From a virus (lineage: Duplodnaviria; Caudoviricetes), in IMG/VR virus record IMGVR_UViG_3300036770_001877, positions 252 through 64,251 of that record: DNA of 64,000 nt; one strand, written 5' to 3'. Shown here in pieces: positions 11,384 to 20,508 of the stretch. The position numbers and the translations under genes are program-made. Each line of letters begins with the position of its first letter. Position 1 is the first letter of the stretch. The notes below the pieces were generated by a model. The model did not search any database. It had not been told where the DNA came from and saw only the letters and a program-made list of their open reading frames with translations.

Positions 11384-11749
11384 ATGGCCATCAACTTTCC
11401 AGACAGCCCTGCGCTAAATGAGCTATTCGGAGTAGGCGACCAGATTTGGTACTGGGATGGCTATGTGTGGCGCATCAGCTTAGCTCAAGGAGCTACTGGT
11501 CCTACTGGTCCAACCGGACCCATTGGACTGACAGGCGCTACTGGTCCTACAGGACCACAAGGAGTTACTGGCCCAACTGGTCCAACAGGACCGACTGGTG
11601 CTCAAGGTATACAAGGTATTACTGGTCCAACTGGTTCTACAGGACCAACAGGACCGACTGGTCCGGTGTTCCAAAACATTGATGGTGGAACACCAACTAC
11701 AATTTATGGTGGCTCATCAATTATTGACTGCGGAGGTCCAACCGGCTAA
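11384..11749 (+). CDS. Short collagen-like virion protein (paralog of 5468..5935)
   Basis: 'AINFPDSP...WYWDG.VW' followed by GPT repeats. Confidence 0.8.
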   Translation: MAINFPDSPALNELFGVGDQIWYWDGYVWRISLAQGATGPTGPTGPIGLTGATGPTGPQGVTGPTGPTGPTGAQGIQGITGPTGSTGPTGPTGPVFQNIDGGTPTTIYGGSSIIDCGGPTG

Positions 11750-13455
11750 TGGCTGTCAGAGTTCAATTTAGACGCGGCACCGCTTCAGAGTGGGCATCCG
11801 CTAACCCAATTATGTCTCAAGGTGAAGTCGGCTATGAGTATGACACTGGCCGATTCAAAGTAGGTAATGGTACACAAGGCTGGAACTCGCTTCCATATTC
11901 TTCAGGTGTTACTGGCCCTACTGGTCCTAGCTCTACTCTTACAGTTGGAACTGTAACAAATCTTTCTCCCGGCGCTGCCGCTACTGTAACAAATAGCGGA
12001 ACATCTACCGCAGCAGTTTTTAATTTTGGAATTCCACAAGGCGTAACTGGACCAACAGGTTCAACTGGCCCAGTTGGTAACGCAGGTCCTACTGGACCAA
12101 CCGGAGCAACTGGACCAACTGGAGCTGCATCAACAGTTACTGGTCCTACCGGACCTACTGGAGCAACGGGACCACAAGGTGTTCCTGTTCGACTTCTTGG
12201 TTCTGTTGCAGATGTACCTTCACTTCCATCTACTGGTAATACTTTAGATGATGCTTACATTGTTGAATCTGATGGAGATTTATATGTGTGGGACGGCAGT
12301 GCTTGGTTTAATGCTGGCCCTATTGTGGGTCCACAGGGTGACACTGGACCGACAGGCCCCACAGGCGATACAGGCCCCACAGGACCTACAGGTGCTACTG
12401 GAGTTGTATCTGTAACTGGTCCTATCACCAACACTGGAACATCAACCGATGCGGTAATTGGTATTGACCAATCATTACTATCTTTAACTCTTTCACAAAT
12501 TTCTGATGCTGGAACGGCAGCTGGAAAGAACTATCCAACTACCGGTGATGCAGTCGCTGGTGAGGTAGTACTAGGGGATGACTCTCGTTTATCAAATGAG
12601 CGAACACCAACAGATAACTCAGTAACCACTGGCAAGATTGCAGACTCTAACGTAACCACTGGCAAGATTGCAGATTCTAACGTAACAAATGAAAAATTAG
12701 CTAACGACAGCATTACTATTGGAACTACTGAGATTGTTCTTGGAACAACGGCAACATCTATTTCAGATTTAACAATATCTAACTTAATAGTAGATGAATC
12801 CATAGTGTTTGAAGGCTCTACATCAGACGCCTACGAAACTACTTTGCAGGTAACAGACCCAACTGTGGATAGAACAATAACTATCCAAGATGCTTCTGGA
12901 ACCCTACCCCTAGCTGAGCACGTCCTAGCTTCATTAGGTATGCCGACTACCAATGCGGTAGACGTAGCTCCAAGATGGGACAACCAGTCGGCTGCTCTTG
13001 TCAGTGGCACGGTATATATGACGTTCTTCACTCCGCTAAAGGATATTGAGATTGACGATATCTCGGTATCTTCAGCAGGTACCGCTTCTGCTGGAACAAC
13101 CCTGGCTCGTTTCGGTCTCTACACTTACGACGAGACCACAGCAACACTTGTAGCTAGAACTGCTAGCGACACCACCATATTCTCGGTGCGTAACACTCTG
13201 TATACAAGAACCCTTAACGCCACTGGTGGATATCCACTTACTTACACACTCAAAGCTGGAGTTCGGTATGGGCTTGCAGTTGTTTGGGTTGGAACAACAC
13301 CTGGAACTGCATATGTCGCATACGGTTTCCCACCAGGGTCAGTAGCAGGATTGAGTCCAAAACTAAATGGAGCAATCACAGGTCAAACAGATTTGCCAAC
13401 AACTGGAACACCAGTAACAACTCAAAACATCGGACTATGGGGTAGGTTATCGTGA
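11749..13455 (+). CDS. Tail fibre with Mtd/hyaluronidase-type N-terminal domain and collagen repeats
   Basis: '[12 protein letters not shown]...NP....GE.GYE.DTG.FKVG.G...WNSLPY' motif; GPT repeats; [10 protein letters not shown] repeats. Confidence 0.85.
   Translation: MAVRVQFRRGTASEWASANPIMSQGEVGYEYDTGRFKVGNGTQGWNSLPYSSGVTGPTGPSSTLTVGTVTNLSPGAAATVTNSGTSTAAVFNFGIPQGVTGPTGSTGPVGNAGPTGPTGATGPTGAASTVTGPTGPTGATGPQGVPVRLLGSVADVPSLPSTGNTLDDAYIVESDGDLYVWDGSAWFNAGPIVGPQGDTGPTGPTGDTGPTGPTGATGVVSVTGPITNTGTSTDAVIGIDQSLLSLTLSQISDAGTAAGKNYPTTGDAVAGEVVLGDDSRLSNERTPTDNSVTTGKIADSNVTTGKIADSNVTNEKLANDSITIGTTEIVLGTTATSISDLTISNLIVDESIVFEGSTSDAYETTLQVTDPTVDRTITIQDASGTLPLAEHVLASLGMPTTNAVDVAPRWDNQSAALVSGTVYMTFFTPLKDIEIDDISVSSAGTASAGTTLARFGLYTYDETTATLVARTASDTTIFSVRNTLYTRTLNATGGYPLTYTLKAGVRYGLAVVWVGTTPGTAYVAYGFPPGSVAGLSPKLNGAITGQTDLPTTGTPVTTQNIGLWGRLS
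12623..12685 (+). repeat. 30-bp tandem repeat encoding [10 protein letters not shown]
   Basis: gtaaccactggcaagattgcaga(c/t)tctaac occurs twice in tandem. Confidence 0.8.
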
Positions 13456-13577
13456 TAGAAAGAATTGATTTAGGAATTGACCCATTAACTGGGGTACGGA
13501 AATATGAAGTTCGGGATGCAAGCACTGGGGAGGTTATAGGCTACGATTATGTAGCTCCAGAATCCGAACCTAGTTAG
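13452..13577 (+). CDS. 41-aa protein coupled to the fibre gene (not in ORF track)
   Basis: GTGA overlap with the upstream stop; [41 protein letters not shown]. Confidence 0.6.
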   Translation: MIERIDLGIDPLTGVRKYEVRDASTGEVIGYDYVAPESEPS

Positions 13578-13584
13578 GCCTTGC

Positions 13585-14646
13585 ATGAAAGTCGCTGTTT
13601 ACACCATAGCTTTAAATGAAGAACACTTTGTATCCAGATGGTACGAGTCAGCTAAAGATGCCGACTACCTACTAATTGCAGATACCGGTTCTACAGATGG
13701 AACTCCAGATACTGCAGTTAATCTAGATATAAATGTCTACGACTTGTCTATAAAACCCTGGAGGTTTGACGACGCCCGCAACGCATCATTGGCTTTAATA
13801 CCAGCCGATATTGACTACTGCATCGCACTGGATATGGATGAAGTACTCATGCCAGGTTGGCGAAAAGAACTAGAAAAGGCCCACACCCATAAGTGGACAC
13901 GACCACGATACAAATACACGTGGAGCTGGAATCCTGATGGCTCGCCAGGATTACAGTACGGCGGTGACAAGATTCACCTACGCCATTACTATCGCTGGAA
14001 GCACCCTGTACACGAAGTCATAGTCCCTGACAGGATTGCGGAGACTCAAGGGTGGACAAATCTGGAGATACATCACTATCCAGATAGCACTAAGTCTCGT
14101 GGCCAGTACTTCCCACTTCTTGAGCTGTCAGTTAAGGAAGACCCTAGCGATGATAGAAACGCATTTTATTACGCTAGAGAATTATTTTTTCACGGGCAAT
14201 TTGAGAAATCAATTGCTGAATTCCAAAGACATCTGAGCTTACCGCGAGCTACCTGGCGGCCAGAACGCGCCGCCTCCATGCGCTACATTGCAAAGATGTC
14301 TGACAACCCGACAGAGTCAGAGGCTTGGTTTAAGCGAGCTATAGACGAAGTGCCAGATAGACGAGAGGCCTATGTAGAGCTAGCCAAGCTTTACTACGAA
14401 CAAGCTAGGTGGGCAGAGTGTCTGCAGGTTTCTGAGAAAGCTTTAGAGATTAAAGACAAGCCATTAGAATATCTGTGCGAGGAGTTTGCTTGGGGTTCAG
14501 AGCCCTGGGATTACGCGGCAATCGCATCTTACAACTTAGGTCTTTTTGATAAAGCACTTAAATATGGAGCCAAAGCCGTAGAATTGAATCCACAGGACCA
14601 AAGGCTTAATAACAACCTGGTCTACTACCAGCTTAAGGAGGCGTAG
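13585..14646 (+). CDS. Glycosyltransferase family 2 with C-terminal TPR repeats
   Basis: 'IALNEE', 'DTGSTDGT', 'FDDARN', 'LDMDE' (DxD), 'VHE'; TPR-like helices. Confidence 0.92.
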   Translation: MKVAVYTIALNEEHFVSRWYESAKDADYLLIADTGSTDGTPDTAVNLDINVYDLSIKPWRFDDARNASLALIPADIDYCIALDMDEVLMPGWRKELEKAHTHKWTRPRYKYTWSWNPDGSPGLQYGGDKIHLRHYYRWKHPVHEVIVPDRIAETQGWTNLEIHHYPDSTKSRGQYFPLLELSVKEDPSDDRNAFYYARELFFHGQFEKSIAEFQRHLSLPRATWRPERAASMRYIAKMSDNPTESEAWFKRAIDEVPDRREAYVELAKLYYEQARWAECLQVSEKALEIKDKPLEYLCEEFAWGSEPWDYAAIASYNLGLFDKALKYGAKAVELNPQDQRLNNNLVYYQLKEA

Positions 14647-15179
14647 TGCGAGCCTATACTCCGGGCGGAAGATTTGATTCAGATTTTGAATTAGACTCTA
14701 TGGGCGATGGAATAACCGCTGACCTAACAAACCCTGCTGGTACTACCGCTGAGTGGTGGATATTCGACAGAGTCAATAGCACTAAAGACCCGATATACGA
14801 TGTAGAGCCAATCGGAGGCGGACGCCTCTGGACTGGGCCCTACACCCTATCGGTTATTAGAGCCTCAATTACTCAAGGTGCTACCCCAGTCACTGACCGA
14901 GGTTTCTATAACGCCGATACGCTACACCTAACTTTGAACGTAGATGACCTACGCCGTGTAAGCCCTGACTTGTTTAACGACCGAGGCTTAGTCAAGTCGG
15001 CAATTGACTTATCAAACAGGTACCGCCTTGTTTGGAAAGAACAGGTCTACCGACCATTTAAGACTCAACAAGCTGGACAGGTTTCAGATAGACACACCAT
15101 CATCACCTTAGATTGCATACAATTAATGCCAGACGAGCTTGTTAACGACACTCAGTTCTTGGCGTACGCCCAAGCCTAG
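14646..15179 (+). CDS. Probable head-closure/neck protein
   Basis: Position upstream of the neck/sheath genes; beta-rich sequence; inference. Confidence 0.5.
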   Translation: MRAYTPGGRFDSDFELDSMGDGITADLTNPAGTTAEWWIFDRVNSTKDPIYDVEPIGGGRLWTGPYTLSVIRASITQGATPVTDRGFYNADTLHLTLNVDDLRRVSPDLFNDRGLVKSAIDLSNRYRLVWKEQVYRPFKTQQAGQVSDRHTIITLDCIQLMPDELVNDTQFLAYAQA

Positions 15180-15187
15180 GAGGAAAT

Positions 15188-15361
15188 ATGAAGGGTAAGA
15201 AGAAGGTCGAAAAGGTAATGAAAGAGTACAAAGAAGGAACTCTTCATTCAGGCAAAGACCCTAAGGGTCCAAAGAAAGCCAAGAAGGTAACCTCTAAAAA
15301 GCAGGCTGTAGCCATTGCTATGTCTGAGGCTGGAATGGCAAAGAAGAAAAAGAAAAAGTAA
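15188..15361 (+). CDS. 57-aa Lys-rich protein, DUF6496-like (not in ORF track)
   Basis: SD AGGAGG; MKGKKKVEKVMKEYKEGTLHSGKDPKGPKKAKKVTSKKQAVAIAMSEAGMAKKKKKK. Confidence 0.85.
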   Translation: MKGKKKVEKVMKEYKEGTLHSGKDPKGPKKAKKVTSKKQAVAIAMSEAGMAKKKKKK

Positions 15362-15528
15362 TGCCAAAGAAACGTATTGGTCAGTCAGTGGGTAAAGCCC
15401 CTACTAAGGCTGTGAACATTGCCCTTACTGGTAGTAAGTACTCTTCTGGCGGACAGAAAGTAAAGCGTAAAAAGGGTGGCGTTATCAGAAAACCTAAAGC
15501 CACTATTCGCTACAAGAGGGGTAAGTAA
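15361..15528 (+). CDS. 55-aa Lys/Arg-rich protein (not in ORF track)
   Basis: TAATG coupling at both ends; MPKKRIGQSVGKAPTKAVNIALTGSKYSSGGQKVKRKKGGVIRKPKATIRYKRGK. Confidence 0.8.
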   Translation: MPKKRIGQSVGKAPTKAVNIALTGSKYSSGGQKVKRKKGGVIRKPKATIRYKRGK

Positions 15529-15746
15529 TGGCCAAAAAAGAAAAGCCTGCAACCATTAAAGCTGGCGGAGCTCCTCACGTTGTCTATAAAAAAGACAAAA
15601 AAGTTATAGTTGACCACCTTGGAAAAAAGGGTGGCAAGTGGGACAAGATAGATTTAACTAAACATACAAAAGCTAAGTCTGTGAAGGAAGGGGTTAAAGC
15701 CGTAAAGAAATGGCATAAAACCCGTCCGCATAAGAAAGGCAAATAA
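15528..15746 (+). CDS. 72-aa Lys-rich protein
   Basis: TAATG-coupled ORF. Confidence 0.8.
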   Translation: MAKKEKPATIKAGGAPHVVYKKDKKVIVDHLGKKGGKWDKIDLTKHTKAKSVKEGVKAVKKWHKTRPHKKGK

Positions 15747-15916
15747 TGGTCAAAAAAGAGAAGCCAGTCTGGGACAAAAAAGACCCAACTCCAGGTAAGT
15801 CTAGTAAACTTAGTAAGAAGCAAAAAGCTTCTGCCAAGGCTAAAGCTAAAGCAGCGGGGCGCCCCTACCCGAATCTAGTGGACAACATGGCTGCGGCCAG
15901 AAAGAAGAAAAAATAA
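15746..15916 (+). CDS. 56-aa Lys-rich protein with GRPYPNLVDNM motif (not in ORF track)
   Basis: TAATG-coupled; MVKKEKPVWDKKDPTPGKSSKLSKKQKASAKAKAKAAGRPYPNLVDNMAAARKKKK. Confidence 0.85.
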   Translation: MVKKEKPVWDKKDPTPGKSSKLSKKQKASAKAKAKAAGRPYPNLVDNMAAARKKKK

Positions 15917-16017
15917 TGTGCGCTAAATGTGGATGCGGGTGCAAGCCTGGTAAGCCAGCGAAGGGATGTAAGTGCTCATGCGCGACCTGCAAATCAGCCA
16001 AAAAGAAAAAGAAGTAG
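15916..16017 (+). CDS. 33-aa metallothionein-like Cys/Lys peptide (not in ORF track)
   Basis: TAATG-coupled; MCAKCGCGCKPGKPAKGCKCSCATCKSAKKKKK, 8 Cys in CxC/CxxC arrays. Confidence 0.75.
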   Translation: MCAKCGCGCKPGKPAKGCKCSCATCKSAKKKKK

Positions 16018-16073
16018 TTTGCGGGTGCGGTAACTGCGCTTGCGGAAAGGACAACAATGGCCAAAACTCCTAG
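15978..16073 (+). CDS. 31-aa overlapping Cys-cluster peptide, or -1 frameshift extension of 15916..16017
   Basis: MRDLQISQKEKEVVCGCGNCACGKDNNGQNS read in the -1 frame. Confidence 0.45.
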   Translation: MRDLQISQKEKEVVCGCGNCACGKDNNGQNS

Positions 16074-16350
16074 CTTTATGAAGGGCAAGTATACAAAGTC
16101 TAAGGACGAGAAGATGGATGCTCGCCTTACTAAAAAGGCTGGCCTAGATAAAGAAGACAAAGAAAAGTTTGAAAAGATGGACAAGGCTCACGGCAAGAAA
16201 AAGAAGCCTAAGACCATTGCTGAAGATAAGAAAATAGACACAGCTCTTATCAAGAAGATTAAAGCCAAGGCTAAAGCCCATGAGAAAAAAGAAGGTAAAA
16301 AGGGCGAAGAGGCTGAGGAAAAACGAGAAAAGAAGAAGGAAAAGAAGTAA
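16057..16350 (+). CDS. 97-aa Lys/Glu-rich charged protein
   Basis: SD AAAGGA; highly charged low-complexity ORF. Confidence 0.8.
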   Translation: MAKTPSFMKGKYTKSKDEKMDARLTKKAGLDKEDKEKFEKMDKAHGKKKKPKTIAEDKKIDTALIKKIKAKAKAHEKKEGKKGEEAEEKREKKKEKK

Positions 16351-16356
16351 AGCTTG

Positions 16357-16378
16357 GGCCCCCGAAAGGGGGCCTTTT
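16357..16378 (+). terminator. Rho-independent terminator
   Basis: GGCCCCC-GAAA-GGGGGCC-TTTT directly after the stop at 16350. Confidence 0.85.
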
Positions 16379-16459
16379 GCTTTATTATTGAACTGGTTCC
16401 ATGCGGGAACCAAAGCTGTACCCCTGCGTTTGACCTTGATACTCCACTAGGAGCTTGCC

Positions 16460-16633
16460 GTGCCCTACTTGTTTGAAGATAAGTACCGAAAGGTATCGGA
16501 GCCTACTGAGGCGGATTTTGCCCGTGGCTTAGCCGATAGCAATGCCGAAAAAACACGCAAAGGTACGCAGAACTTTTTAGCAGGGCTGGTAGTGGGTATC
16601 TTGTCAGCACGCACGGGAAAACGGCGTAGATGA
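16460..16633 (+). CDS. 57-aa protein with a C-terminal hydrophobic helix and basic tail (not in ORF track)
   Basis: SD AGGAG, GTG start, ATGA overlap with the next gene; ...NFLAGLVVGILSARTGKRRR. Confidence 0.6.
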   Translation: MPYLFEDKYRKVSEPTEADFARGLADSNAEKTRKGTQNFLAGLVVGILSARTGKRRR

Positions 16634-16947
16634 TTAATGACGTTCTCTCTAGCTCACTAAAGAAGCTAACAAAAACACTTACAGCGGATATCCGCAAAGA
16701 CGCCCTTATTGCTGGGTGGCCTGTGGCATTGGCCGACTCCTTGTCTGTAAAGATTGAGCGCAACTCCCTATCGGTTGAGTACCCAGAAGACTTTTCTCAA
16801 AAGATTGAAGACCTTGAGTATGGCGACGGCATGTCTACACCTAGACCTGTGCTACGCCGGTTTGCCTCTAAGCATAAGTTGAAACTGAAGAATGACATTA
16901 CTGAGGCGAGCGCCGACTGGTTGTTTGAAGAAGGGATACTTCCATGA
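16630..16947 (+). CDS. Neck/tail-completion protein (HK97 gp10-like)
   Basis: 'LEYG....PRP.LR' motif; position. Confidence 0.6.
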   Translation: MINDVLSSSLKKLTKTLTADIRKDALIAGWPVALADSLSVKIERNSLSVEYPEDFSQKIEDLEYGDGMSTPRPVLRRFASKHKLKLKNDITEASADWLFEEGILP

Positions 16948-17555
16948 GTTTTATCCTTGCCGAAGACGCTGCCCTAAAAACAAAGATGCAAGGCATCGTA
17001 GTTCCTGACGAAAAGAATGGAACACGCTCAGTACAAGTCTGGTTTGCTAATCCAGATGTTGAGACTCGCCAGCAGTCGTATCCCTATATCACAATAGAAC
17101 TTATTGGAATTGACTGGGCTAACTATAGACAGCACTCAGGTTATCTTGAAGATAACGACCGCCAAGGAACTGTTACCCCAATTAATGGAGAAGTGTTTAG
17201 ATATGAATCCCCAGCTACTTGGGATTTGCTTTATCAAATAACAGCTTATTCTCGTCATCCACGCCATGACAGAATTATCGTAGCCCACTTATTGGGCCAA
17301 GATTTTGTAGCAAACCGCGGGTTTCTACCCGTGCCTAATGACCTAGGAACAGAAACTTCCTGGCGTCACATTGTTATGCAAGATTTCGCTAAGCGCGACA
17401 CCATAGAGGACGGACGTCGGTTATACCGAAGTGTGTTCACTGTACTCGTGACTAGTGAAGGAACCCCGACCGACGGAGATTCTGTCGCCTGGGTTGAAGA
17501 TGTACTGATAAACGAAAACCCAACCTATATCCCATCCGACTACGAAGAGTTGTAA
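16944..17555 (+). CDS. Tail terminator / sheath-stabilising protein
   Basis: 'YPYITIEL', 'DLLYQITAYSR'; immediately upstream of the sheath gene. Confidence 0.65.
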   Translation: MSFILAEDAALKTKMQGIVVPDEKNGTRSVQVWFANPDVETRQQSYPYITIELIGIDWANYRQHSGYLEDNDRQGTVTPINGEVFRYESPATWDLLYQITAYSRHPRHDRIIVAHLLGQDFVANRGFLPVPNDLGTETSWRHIVMQDFAKRDTIEDGRRLYRSVFTVLVTSEGTPTDGDSVAWVEDVLINENPTYIPSDYEEL

Positions 17556-17593
17556 TACTCGTAAACCAAAGAAACTAACTAAGGAGAAAACCA

Positions 17594-19081
17594 ATGGCAT
17601 ACTTACGGCCAGGAGTATATGTTGAGGAAACCCTCAACCCTATTCCGCCTGTCGTAGGCGCTAATGCAACATCTGTTGCTGCTTTTCTTGGCGCTGCCGA
17701 CAAGGGTCCTCTAAACCCAACACTTGTGACTTCGTGGACTCAGTACACAAGCCTTTACGGTTCATGGGGCACAGAAAACACTCTCACAACCGCTGTCTAC
17801 CTTTTCTTTGCAAATGGTGGAAATCAAGCGTACATAAAGAGAGTTCCAGGTGCAGGCGCATCATCCGCTACTAGAGTGTTTGATGACCGTTCTGTATCTA
17901 CTGACCCAACTCTTGCTCTTACCGCTTCAAGCGTAGGAACATGGGGCAATTCAGTTTATATAACAATCACTAACTCCACATTAGCTGACCACTTTGATGT
18001 GACTGTCTTCTATGGAGGAACTGGAGCTGCAAACGTAGTTGAGCGTTTTACTGACCTCAACATGACAGCTTCTAGCCCACGTTACGCAGTGAGCGTAATT
18101 AACGCAGGCTCTACTTATGTACAAGCATCAGACGAAGGCTCAACAGCTACCGGTGGAACAAGAAACCCATCTGTAGTTTCTCTAGAGCCTCTAGCTGGTG
18201 GCGCAAACGGCTCAGCTGTAACAGAAAGCGATATCGCTAACTCTGCTGTAGCCCTAGACACAGTTACAGAATCACTAGTACTAAACGCTCCTGGAGTTAC
18301 AACCTCAGCAGCTGTAAACGTACTACTCTCATACGCTGAAGGTCGCGACGATGTGTTCATAGTTATTGACGCTATTAACGACACCGTTGCTAACCAGATT
18401 GTTAGAGCAGCAGCTTACACAGCTAGCTCACTAGGTGCGGTTTACTATCCAAACCTAACAATTCCAAGCCCTACCTCAACAGCTGCAGGAGCAACAGTTA
18501 CTGCAAACGTTGGTGGAGCTATCGTTGGACAGTTCATGTCTACAGATGCTTCTCGTGGTGTCTTCAAGGCTCCAGCTGGTATCAACAACAGAATTGCAGG
18601 AGCAGTATCTGTTCCTAAGTTAACTAATGCAAACTTGGATGCTATGAACTCCGCGTCTGCTCCAGTTAATGCAATTCGTTATATCCCAGGCAGCGGAATT
18701 GTAGTAATGGGCGCTCGTACCCTTAAAGCAGGGTATGCAGACCGTTACGTCCCAGTTCGTCGTTCCCTCATTTACCTACGCAAGGCTTTGACTGACCTCA
18801 CAACCTTCGCAGTATTTGAGCCAAACGATGCTGTGCTCTGGCGAACAATTAATTCCACGGTATCAACCTTCTTGACAGATTTCTGGTCACAAGGCGGTCT
18901 TCGTGGAGCAACTCCAGCCGAAGCGTTCTTCGTTAAGTGCGACTCCGACACCAACCCATTGATTAAGATTGAAAATGGAGAGGTAAACATTGAAGTCGGT
19001 GTAGCCCTACAACGCCCAGCTGAATTCGTCATTATTAAAATCGGTCAATACGACGGTGGAACAACCGTCTCAGTGGCGTAA
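17594..19081 (+). CDS. Contractile tail sheath protein
   Basis: 'YLRPGVYVEE', 'FFANGG', 'GARTL', 'YVPVRR', 'VFEPND', 'PAEFVII'. Confidence 0.97.
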   Translation: MAYLRPGVYVEETLNPIPPVVGANATSVAAFLGAADKGPLNPTLVTSWTQYTSLYGSWGTENTLTTAVYLFFANGGNQAYIKRVPGAGASSATRVFDDRSVSTDPTLALTASSVGTWGNSVYITITNSTLADHFDVTVFYGGTGAANVVERFTDLNMTASSPRYAVSVINAGSTYVQASDEGSTATGGTRNPSVVSLEPLAGGANGSAVTESDIANSAVALDTVTESLVLNAPGVTTSAAVNVLLSYAEGRDDVFIVIDAINDTVANQIVRAAAYTASSLGAVYYPNLTIPSPTSTAAGATVTANVGGAIVGQFMSTDASRGVFKAPAGINNRIAGAVSVPKLTNANLDAMNSASAPVNAIRYIPGSGIVVMGARTLKAGYADRYVPVRRSLIYLRKALTDLTTFAVFEPNDAVLWRTINSTVSTFLTDFWSQGGLRGATPAEAFFVKCDSDTNPLIKIENGEVNIEVGVALQRPAEFVIIKIGQYDGGTTVSVA

Positions 19082-19093
19082 GGAGAATAATCA

Positions 19094-19690
19094 ATGGCTA
19101 CTAGCAATATCTCGCGTTTTTCTAAGCTCGCAACAGACCCGTTGCGCAGTTTTAGATTCTACGCAGAATTTACGCCAGCTGAAACAGCTGCGTATGCGGG
19201 GAACAATAACTTCACCAAGTTTACTGGTGGGTTTACTAATATCTCGGGTTTATCAATTAACACCCAGAGCATTGGATACCGCGAAGGTGGATACAACACT
19301 ACTCTGCACCAGATTCCAGGGATGACCACCTTCTCCCCAGTTTCTTTCCAACGCGGAACTCTCTTCGGAGAAGACCAAGCTATCAAGTGGATGCGCGGCC
19401 TCTTTGCTGCTGCTGCCGGAGACGGAATTGCAGTAACACCAGATGCAAGCTCATTCCGCTGCAACGTTAACATCTGGGTTCTAGACCACCCTATTGCAGA
19501 CCAGGGCGAGAACGCGTTTAAGATGCGGTTCAAGATTCACAACGCTTGGATTAGCAGCCTTAGCTACTCAGACCTCAATGCAACAGACAACCAAATCTTG
19601 TTCGAGACAATGCAGCTCGTACATGAGGGTCTATCGGTATCCTTTACCGACTCAGCAGGAAATCCTTTAGCAAGTCAGGCAAAGGGATAA
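19094..19690 (+). CDS. Tail tube protein (T4 gp19-like)
   Basis: 'DPLRSFRF', 'GF..ISGL', 'YREGG', 'IPG', 'NAW', 'E..LVHEG'. Confidence 0.93.
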   Translation: MATSNISRFSKLATDPLRSFRFYAEFTPAETAAYAGNNNFTKFTGGFTNISGLSINTQSIGYREGGYNTTLHQIPGMTTFSPVSFQRGTLFGEDQAIKWMRGLFAAAAGDGIAVTPDASSFRCNVNIWVLDHPIADQGENAFKMRFKIHNAWISSLSYSDLNATDNQILFETMQLVHEGLSVSFTDSAGNPLASQAKG

Positions 19691-19713
19691 AACTACTTTA
19701 AGGAGAACAATTC

Positions 19714-20508
19714 GTGACTGAAAAGCTAATAACAGACGCGTCGCTACTCGAAGAACTTACCAAGAAGATTGAGGAACCGGCTGCAGAAATTAAAACTGTA
19801 GCCCCTTCCAACACTGAGGTAGCTCTTCCCGGCGGCTTTGTTAACCGGGAAGGCTCCTTGGTGAAGTACGCCGAGGTACGAGAACTAACAGGAGTTGATG
19901 AAGAAGCAATTTCTAAATCAGGTTCTGTTGGCCGAGCGCTCAACATGATGTTGACCCGAGGCCTTGTAAGCCTTGGAATGGAAACGGCACAGCGAGAAGA
20001 CCTTGACAGCCTTCTTTCAGGAGACCGGGACGCAATCTTGATAGGAATTCGTAAGTGCACCTTCGGTGACACAATGCAATTCCAAATTAAGTGTCCGCAC
20101 TGCGACACAGATTTAGATGTGACTGTAGACCTCAACAAAGACATACCTTACCGAGAACTAGAAGACCCAATTAATAATCGCACGTTCACGTTCAAGTCAA
20201 AGCTTGGAGAAGTACTTGTGAAGCTTCCAACTGGAGCTACGCAACGAAAGTTGATGGAGAACACCGACAAGACAGTGGCTGAGTTAAACACAATGCTGCT
20301 AGCTGGTTGTGTCTCTAGTATCAATGGCACTCCTTCTTTAGGAGCATCTACTGTTCTCAAGTTTGGAATGGCTGACCGTGAAAAGCTTATTAATGAAATC
20401 CTTGACCGTAACCCAGGTCCACGCCTCGGGGAGGTGAGTACGGCCTGTGAGGCATGCGGCGAGAACATCGCAATGCCGTTGAGCCTGGCCGACTTATTTC
20501 GTCTATGA
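19714..20508 (+). CDS. Tail assembly chaperone / baseplate hub assembly protein with two CxxC motifs
   Basis: Lies between tube and tape measure genes; 'RELTG.DEE', 'GDRDAIL', CPHC and CEAC. Confidence 0.8.
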   Translation: MTEKLITDASLLEELTKKIEEPAAEIKTVAPSNTEVALPGGFVNREGSLVKYAEVRELTGVDEEAISKSGSVGRALNMMLTRGLVSLGMETAQREDLDSLLSGDRDAILIGIRKCTFGDTMQFQIKCPHCDTDLDVTVDLNKDIPYRELEDPINNRTFTFKSKLGEVLVKLPTGATQRKLMENTDKTVAELNTMLLAGCVSSINGTPSLGASTVLKFGMADREKLINEILDRNPGPRLGEVSTACEACGENIAMPLSLADLFRL

